Source of the DNA: a virus
IMG/VR virus record: IMGVR_UViG_3300028806_000002
Span: 1 to 39,860 of that record
Length of the DNA: 39,860 nt
Strand: one strand, 5' to 3'
This document shows, one piece after another, positions 34,282 through 39,860 of the stretch. Made by a program: the position numbers and the translations under genes. The stretch's first letter is position 1. The number at the start of each line of letters is the position of its first letter. The notes under the pieces were generated by a model. It was not told the DNA's origin. It ran no database searches and saw nothing but the letters and a program-made list of their open reading frames with translations.

Positions 34282-36459
34282 TTATTCACGTTTTGCAACT
34301 TTTGTCTTTTCATGTGCTGCCTTATGTTGTAATTCCTTATGATGCATTTCTTTTTCATGATGCAACTGACTAGCGTGCGTGAGCATCTTAATCATGTTCT
34401 GAGAATTAGTTATTTGCATATCAACCCCCATACGCTGATTTTCAGCCGTATAACGCAATATAGTCTCTTGCAACTGAGCTGCTTCTTTCTGCTTATCAGC
34501 TTCTAACTTCGCAAATCCAAGTGACATATCTTGTTGCGTCTCAAGTGCCTTTCGTTGCAATTCTTGTTTCTTCAATTCTAATTCCTGCATCTTCATTTGA
34601 GATTCTTGTTGTGCTTGTTGTGCTTTTTGTTGCATCTCTTGTTGCTTGAGTTGTAACATCATTGCATCAGGTGAAGGTTGCGGAGGTTTAGGAGGTAATG
34701 GTTTACCAGTCTTTCCAGCTTCAATTATTTCAGGCGGAACTAAAGTTCTTAATCGATTACGTAATTCCATATTGTTATCTAGTGGAAGATTTTCAGCGTA
34801 TAGATCTGCAATCATTGGGAACACTTGACCAGCCCTATCAGCTTGCAAAACGGATTGTAGCGATAGCAGTGCTTCTTGCTTCTGTCCCTCGTAAGAAGGC
34901 CCCGCTTTAAGTCTGATATTATACTTACCCTTAGTCATATCATTTTTCATTTGCAACCCATACTCATCCATAGGTTGATTGATATTGACTGTCTGAGATT
35001 CAGATTCCGGCATATTCAATACAAGTGAGCGCTCAGTATCATAGATTTCAGGTATCCACTCGTTTATGATTTCGCCACCCGTTGCAATTGCGATATTTAT
35101 TGAATTGAATGGTGTTGCTGTATTACGTGTACCTCTATTTGTTCGAGCTTCGATTGCAGTGCCAGAAACTTCATTGCCTAACTCGCCCATTTGTGTATCA
35201 TACATACCCGTGCCGCTCTGGATATCCATTAAGGTACGTTCGTATTGTTGTACCAGGGATTGTGATAACTCGGGCGGCTTTAGTTGTTCAGGCTTAGCAC
35301 CGCTAGCCGTTTCATCGTAATATAACGCACCATTTACTACCGAAGGGTCACGCCATTGCTGCTGTGCATCAGGAGATGCTGCGCACTTACGCGGCATGAT
35401 GAATTGATCAAACCTAGATATTTTCAGCATATAAGCTGATTGTGTTGCGAGATAATTTAGATATTTCTGTGCGTCTTTGACATCTTTGAAGAACGAACGT
35501 GTGATCTGCTGACCTTGTTTAGAGAAATAACTTTTCTGGTCAACAAAAACAACGGGCAATAATGTGGCTTTAGAAGGTAAATAAGTCTCTTCAAGTACAA
35601 AATCACCCGCTATCTGGGTATGTTTTATTTTATACTTTATTGATTCACGTTTATCAACAACTGTAACAGCTTGGCCATTACTAATAATATATTTTTTACC
35701 GTCAAACTTTACTTTCTCTAACTTTTTAAATTCTTTATCATTAACAATAGAACCATCTGATAGTTTGTAAATTGTTATCTCTTCAGGTTCTTTATTGTAA
35801 TCATCGACAATTGTAATCGAATCATCATCAGCAAAGGCAATTGTGCTATCTTCGGTTATTGCAGTCGTTCCAATCTGCGATTCAATGTCACGACCCCATG
35901 TATCTCTAAATTTTCTGCGTGATATTCTCGTTTTATATCCTGAAAACATGCCATCTACTTTACAAACATGTTTTGCTGATATATCCCAGTAACAACGATT
36001 AGGGTCTTCGAACGGATAAATCTTTATTATTTGCTCAAAACTTTCATTATCTTTGTATTCAGTATCTATTCTATATGCACCAAATCCACCGCAAGTCGAA
36101 TGACTAAATGCATTTTGATATACACTCTTAGCATCTGAGTTAAAACTGATATCTTTGACAATTGCAGCACGAACTTGCGCGGTTTCTGGGGGAACATCTT
36201 CGGAAGGCATGATCTGCATATTCGGTGTATTGAATATTTGCTCACCGCAAAGATGATTATGCAGAACGCCAAGTTTATTGAATACTAATGGGATTTTGTT
36301 ATAACGTTCGAATAACTCAGATTCATTTTCTCGCCACTGGTCGCCCATGATGAAATCGAGCCACTCATAGTACATAGACCTGTTTATAGTCCAATACTTC
36401 TCCCACTTATCGACTCTATCCCTTATCTTCCGGCATAGTTCCGGATTTTTGCTTGGCAT
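34282..36459 (-). CDS. Portal protein (P22-like, 725 aa, long C-terminal coiled-coil barrel)
   Basis: The N-terminus DFIMGDQWRENESELFERYNKIPLVFNKLG fits portal motifs. The Q/K/E-rich C-terminal helix resembles the P22 gp1 barrel. Position relative to terL and scaffold also fits. Confidence 0.8.
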   Translation of the reverse strand: MPSKNPELCRKIRDRVDKWEKYWTINRSMYYEWLDFIMGDQWRENESELFERYNKIPLVFNKLGVLHNHLCGEQIFNTPNMQIMPSEDVPPETAQVRAAIVKDISFNSDAKSVYQNAFSHSTCGGFGAYRIDTEYKDNESFEQIIKIYPFEDPNRCYWDISAKHVCKVDGMFSGYKTRISRRKFRDTWGRDIESQIGTTAITEDSTIAFADDDSITIVDDYNKEPEEITIYKLSDGSIVNDKEFKKLEKVKFDGKKYIISNGQAVTVVDKRESIKYKIKHTQIAGDFVLEETYLPSKATLLPVVFVDQKSYFSKQGQQITRSFFKDVKDAQKYLNYLATQSAYMLKISRFDQFIMPRKCAASPDAQQQWRDPSVVNGALYYDETASGAKPEQLKPPELSQSLVQQYERTLMDIQSGTGMYDTQMGELGNEVSGTAIEARTNRGTRNTATPFNSINIAIATGGEIINEWIPEIYDTERSLVLNMPESESQTVNINQPMDEYGLQMKNDMTKGKYNIRLKAGPSYEGQKQEALLSLQSVLQADRAGQVFPMIADLYAENLPLDNNMELRNRLRTLVPPEIIEAGKTGKPLPPKPPQPSPDAMMLQLKQQEMQQKAQQAQQESQMKMQELELKKQELQRKALETQQDMSLGFAKLEADKQKEAAQLQETILRYTAENQRMGVDMQITNSQNMIKMLTHASQLHHEKEMHHKELQHKAAHEKTKVAKRE

Positions 36460-36486
36460 AATAAGTTAATCCTTTAACTTATCGCT

Positions 36487-36516
36487 ATTATAGCATTTTG
36501 GTGTATTTTACACCAA
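36487..36516 (-). promoter_or_regulatory. Extended -10 promoter upstream of the portal gene
   Basis: On the minus strand: TTGGTG, 18-nt spacer, (TGC)TATAAT. The -10 box lies ~28 nt upstream of portal ATG 36459. Confidence 0.5.
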
Positions 36517-37021
36517 TATCATCCTTGCCTTAGTAAACAAAACAGTACAACACAATACAACACAATACACTATTAAAAACCCTTACCTTACATTTCAGCA
36601 CAAAACAATACACCACACCACAACACATGACAGGAAAAAATTAAAACCCTTACATTTCCTTACAACGCATAACATCACAATGCATTACATATCGGCACAA
36701 TACATCACAATATTAAAAACCCGTACATTTCCTTACAATGCATTACATCACACAACAATACGCCACAACACAAAACAAAACATCACATGACACTATTAAA
36801 AACCCGCACATTTCCTTACAACGCATAACATCACAATGCATTACATATCGGCACAATACATCACAAAATAAAAATCCTTACCTTACAAGACATTACCCCA
36901 CAACACAGCACGCTACAACACATTACAAAATTAAAACCCTTACCTTGCCTTACGCCACAGGACAGCACATCACATAACAGAACCTGACATGACAATATTA
37001 AAAACCCTTACCTCGCCTTAC
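36515..37021. repeat. Repeat array A: 8 copies of a 62-83-bp unit
   Basis: Plus-strand core is ATTAAAAACCC(K)TAC(A/C)TT(TC)CCTTACAA. Copies start at 36515 (degenerate), 36572, 36640, 36712, 36795, 36867, 36930 and 36997. Inter-core segments are A/C-rich and related to each other. Confidence 0.9.
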
Positions 37022-37072
37022 GAAACAGCACGCTACAGCACGCTACAGCACATCACACCACATTACACAATA

Positions 37073-37104
37073 GTTTCAATCCACGCGCTCGTGAAGAGCG
37101 CGAC
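37073..37104 (-). CRISPR. Solitary type I-C-like CRISPR repeat (single copy, no array)
   Basis: The minus strand reads GTCGCGCTCTTCACGAGCGCGTGGATTGAAAC. This shows the I-C hallmarks: GTCGCGC 5' end, 7-bp stem CGCGCTC/GAGCGCG with a 5-nt loop, and an 11-nt TGGATTGAAAC tail. It is a GC-rich island in an AT/AC-rich spacer. Confidence 0.8.
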
Positions 37105-37137
37105 TACAAAACAGCACAACACAACACACAACATCAA

Positions 37138-37166
37138 AGTATAATTATTAGTTACTCTCACGCCAA
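37138..37166 (-). promoter_or_regulatory. Candidate promoter reading into the solitary repeat
   Basis: On the minus strand: TTGGCG, 17-nt spacer, TATACT. It overlaps the 3' end of ORF 37148..37693, with the -10 box ending 33 nt upstream of the repeat. Confidence 0.35.
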
Positions 37167-37693
37167 TTCGTCACAACAAATCGTCCATATATACCTTTTC
37201 TAGCTGGCCTAAAATCACCTAACCCTATTTTGGTTCCAGCATCGTCAATCAAAGTACGGATGAATTTTGGGCTAAACATCTTTAAATCCAACGTCAAAGT
37301 AAAATCTATGCACCAATTATCTAGCCTAGGTCTATGACAAACGATTCGACCACCAGTTGACGGAACAACGACAGCCCTGCTATCAACTTCCCACGTTTCA
37401 GGCGATTTAAAATACACGATTTCGCCTAAAATCATCACACCAGCAGGAACTAAAGAACTTCTAGCAGTCGTTACTTTTACCTTACCATCTTTATGAAATT
37501 TACCTGCTTCAACCAAGCAAGCAAAAATATTCACAGTAGGATAATATAATTTTTCATCCTCATCGACATAGCAAACACGTCTAGCAGCTTCGCGAGGTAA
37601 TATATCTTTATCTTTTTTTACTTTCTGCTCATCAATATTAAAACGATTCATCAGAAGCGGTGTTATCCCTGTTATTTCTATATCAATATTCAT
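37148..37693 (-). CDS. Hypothetical 181-aa protein with RAMP-like motifs
   Basis: Track ORF. Its SD is the double AAGG of array copy B1 (TAAGGTAAGGATATTAAATG). Motifs in RAMP order: IEITGITPLLMNRF, LYYPTVNIFACLVEAGK, GLGDFRPARKGIYGRFVV (Gly-rich loop-like). Confidence 0.7.
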   Translation of the reverse strand: MNIDIEITGITPLLMNRFNIDEQKVKKDKDILPREAARRVCYVDEDEKLYYPTVNIFACLVEAGKFHKDGKVKVTTARSSLVPAGVMILGEIVYFKSPETWEVDSRAVVVPSTGGRIVCHRPRLDNWCIDFTLTLDLKMFSPKFIRTLIDDAGTKIGLGDFRPARKGIYGRFVVTNWRESN

Positions 37694-37695
37694 TT

Positions 37696-37986
37696 AATAT
37701 CCTTACCTTAGATTACAGCGCAATACAAAACAGCACGTCACAATACAACACATTATTAAAAACCCGTACATTTCCTTACAACACAAAACACTACATTACA
37801 TAACGCCACAATACATCACATCACAGAAAATTATTAAAAACCCTTACATTGGATTGCATTAGAGCACAAGACAAGACACTACAACACAAGACAGCACAAT
37901 TAAAAACCCTTACATTTCCTTACAACACAAAACATTACATAACGCCACAATACATCACGTTTAAAAACCCGTACATTTCCTTACAA
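37696..37986. repeat. Repeat array B: 5 copies of the same unit
   Basis: Cores at 37696 (degenerate, doubles as the RBS), 37755, 37833, 37899 and 37960. Spacers are homologous to one another (ACACAAAACAYTACATAACGCCACAATACATCAC). Confidence 0.9.
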
Positions 37987-38076
37987 CACAAGACAGTACA
38001 ATACAGTACAATACAAAACATCACGTTTAATGAAACAAAAAAATATACATAGATAATTGATACTTGTAAACATTTA

Positions 38077-39597
38077 CTATCGAAACATCCCTCTTTCGTG
38101 TGGCATTAACTTGGGTACTTCAATTGCTGTCTGTACGCCGTGAAACCCTCCAGCAAACGTTAAACACAACGCATCAGCACCATCAGGGCTTGGCAATCCT
38201 CTTGCCCGTAAATCATCCTTCGATTCAATCTGTACCTGCCCATTTGAGTTTTCTTTGAAGCCTAATGAACACAATTCGCCGTGCAATGTGTCCTCGTCCG
38301 GTATCTGCACTGGCATATCTTGATATAGCCAATCTCGCATATCACCCCACAATTCCGCACGCTGATTCTTGTAACGTTCCTTGTCATTAGCACTACGAGC
38401 AACATTTACACCTTCAACACAGTCATAACCCATTTCATTTAATCTGTCCACAACGCCTGCACCGATTCCAATGCAATCAATATATACTTTGTCGGGTTTT
38501 TCCTCGGTTATAATGCGCTTAACACGGCCTGCAATTTCCATCGTATTGAGATGCGAGACACGTTCTAAGTTATAAGCACATCTTCCCTTACGGCGAATAA
38601 TAGCAGTCCGATCTCTATCTGATATCGCAACATCCACCCCAATAATAAGCTTGCTACCCATATCAACTTTTGCAGCACGCGCAAATTCAACGTACTTAGA
38701 ATTGATAAACACGTTGTGAATAGGGTTTTTAAATGCTTCAATTGAATTAAAAGGGTACTCAACATTAAATCGTTCTCTTCCTGCATCAAAATCCTTTGAA
38801 AACTCGTTAATTTTTAACCTACGCCAAGATAAATTATCATTAGTTAACCCATTTTTTCCATACTGAGACACTAAATACTCTTCTTCATCCGATAAATGCA
38901 TATTTTCGGAGTTATGCGAGTACTCATCATTCCAATACCATGGCAAAAATATACTTTGATACTCACTATCAGGCGACATACCTGATAACCAGCGCTCATG
39001 GAAGTAATTTCCGATACCATTTGCCGTAGATTCTAGGATAATTTCCGTACCTGGTTCATTTGAGATTGCCTGCAAGATACCTTTGCTATGATCTTCAGCA
39101 AATGCCCAAAATGCGACTTCTGAACCGTGGAAAAGCTGCACGGTTTGCGACCGACCGACTGCTTTATTGCCTGCAGTACCAATCGCGTAGCCTGAATCTA
39201 ATTGCTTAAAGTTTAATTCCTTTGCATTATCCGTATTCGGCTTAGGGCATAATCCTGGTTCCAAGTTTTCATTAAACCGTTTGGCCATATTGAACAGATT
39301 ATTAGTTGCTTCTTTATCGTGCGTGAGAATAAATGCTTTTTTACCGCGCGAAGTGATGATCTGATGGAAGAACCTAGCCTGTATATATGTTGAACAACCT
39401 TGTTGTCGTCCCTTTAAAATGCAGGCACGCACACGTCCCGTCGATTCCTTTTGACGAGCAAGACGTTCATGTAAGTAGGACTGTGCGCGATTAAACGTGA
39501 AATACTTTTTAACACCGGCCTTGTCTTTAACAATCAGAAATCGCTCGGCAAATTTCTGAAAATCCCTAATTGAATCTAATTTAGCTTGACTTATCAA
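38077..39597 (-). CDS. terL: Terminase large subunit
   Basis: 506 aa. Deviant Walker A in ACILKGRQQGCSTY, FILTHDKEA, and a C-terminal nuclease-like IGVDVA...YIDCIGIGAGV...DGADAL. The only in-frame start is TTG 39597. Confidence 0.85.
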   Translation of the reverse strand: MISQAKLDSIRDFQKFAERFLIVKDKAGVKKYFTFNRAQSYLHERLARQKESTGRVRACILKGRQQGCSTYIQARFFHQIITSRGKKAFILTHDKEATNNLFNMAKRFNENLEPGLCPKPNTDNAKELNFKQLDSGYAIGTAGNKAVGRSQTVQLFHGSEVAFWAFAEDHSKGILQAISNEPGTEIILESTANGIGNYFHERWLSGMSPDSEYQSIFLPWYWNDEYSHNSENMHLSDEEEYLVSQYGKNGLTNDNLSWRRLKINEFSKDFDAGRERFNVEYPFNSIEAFKNPIHNVFINSKYVEFARAAKVDMGSKLIIGVDVAISDRDRTAIIRRKGRCAYNLERVSHLNTMEIAGRVKRIITEEKPDKVYIDCIGIGAGVVDRLNEMGYDCVEGVNVARSANDKERYKNQRAELWGDMRDWLYQDMPVQIPDEDTLHGELCSLGFKENSNGQVQIESKDDLRARGLPSPDGADALCLTFAGGFHGVQTAIEVPKLMPHERGMFR

Positions 39598-39655
39598 ATT
39601 ACAGCATCCATGCTGATTAAGATGTCAAAAAATCCTGGTGTTGCGAAAATACACC

Positions 39656-39682
39656 GAGACGGTCAAGACATCAGGCCGTCTC
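39656..39682 (-). other. Hairpin between the junction ORF and terL (weak terminator/attenuator?)
   Basis: GAGACGG (13-nt loop) CCGTCTC, followed on the minus strand by GGTGTATTTTCGC. Confidence 0.3.
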
Positions 39683-39695
39683 AACTATTTACACT

Positions 39696-39860
39696 CTATC
39701 TTTTCTTATCGTAATTGAAATCATTCTCTGGCGGCATTTCAGGCGATAGCTGCACGTTACGCTTGGCACCTTCCATCTTAGTCGGAGGATGCGCAACATT
39801 AGCCATATCTGCCATATTGTTGTAGCCCATACCTTTGTTCATCTCGATATTATTGCGCGC
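39696..39860 (-). CDS. 3' part of the junction-spanning 79-aa ORF (the portion 39734-39860 duplicates 1-127)
   Basis: Frame ...SPEMPPENDFNYDKKR ends at TAG 39698-39696. Confidence 0.5.
   Translation of the reverse strand, partial: ARNNIEMNKGMGYNNMADMANVAHPPTKMEGAKRNVQLSPEMPPENDFNYDKKR
39734..39860. repeat. Second copy of the 127-bp terminal overlap
   Basis: Identical to 1-127. Confidence 0.95.

Noticed and set aside
36738-36977. Track ORF, 79 aa (+), and the similar ORF 37849..38052 (+)
   Set aside because: Both lie entirely within the A/C-rich repeat arrays and translate to low-complexity T/Q/H/N strings. They have no SD and run opposite to the surrounding transcription. They are artefacts of stop-poor composition.
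36515-37986. Regularly spaced repeats (62-83-bp period) next to a genuine CRISPR repeat, so possibly a degenerate CRISPR array
   Set aside because: The reiterated core has no similarity to the I-C repeat and no palindrome. The 'spacers' are low-complexity, pentamer-periodic and homologous to each other (some duplicated exactly). Real spacers should be unique. Only one true CRISPR repeat exists.
1-39860. Lysogeny module, tRNAs, or genetic-code reassignment
   Set aside because: No integrase, recombinase or excisionase-like ORF and no cloverleaf-like sequence was seen. All long genes are open in the standard code. Lifestyle therefore cannot be called from this window.

Overview
The window is a complete, closed phage genome. 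Bases 1-127 are identical to 39734-39860, giving a 39,733-bp unit plus a 127-bp overlap. It is an AT-rich tailed dsDNA phage with a podovirus-like structural module. No tRNA, rRNA, integrase, polymerase or reverse transcriptase was recognised. Layout: a long minus-strand late operon runs from terS (2337) across the circular junction through terL, portal, scaffold, P22-like coat, tail-tube-like proteins, internal/ejection proteins and four fibre-like genes, ending at 14755. Plus-strand early and middle blocks are: 2453-5145 (about 13 tiny genes), 8633-14016 (RHH regulators, SSAP + Gp157, a DUF2829/Tad2-like gene, DUF551) and 14424-14738. A minus-strand block at 8232-5142 carries a replication initiator, a VRR-NUC nuclease and lysis genes (M15 endolysin). 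The most unusual region is a 1.6-kb non-structural island (36460-38076) between portal and terL. It contains a single canonical-looking type I-C CRISPR repeat (37104-37073, minus strand) with no array, placed 43 nt downstream of a 181-aa ORF that has RAMP-like motifs. Both are embedded in two arrays (8 + 5 copies) of a 62-83-bp repeat unit. These units have a conserved AAGG-rich, promoter-like core, G-poor plus-strand composition and strict 5-nt periodicity. I read this as a candidate phage counter-CRISPR (RNA anti-CRISPR-like) or RNA-decoy locus of unusual architecture; the function is inference only. Other notable items: a dense cluster of four short tandem-repeat families (14188-14367); a 1498-aa fibre built from four tandem beta-helix-like modules; fibre paralogs sharing N- and C-terminal domains; reiterated hairpin/three-frame-stop/SD cassettes in the early operon; and an opposite-strand moron inside the late operon. 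All functional names rest on my own reading of the translated ORFs, with no database search.
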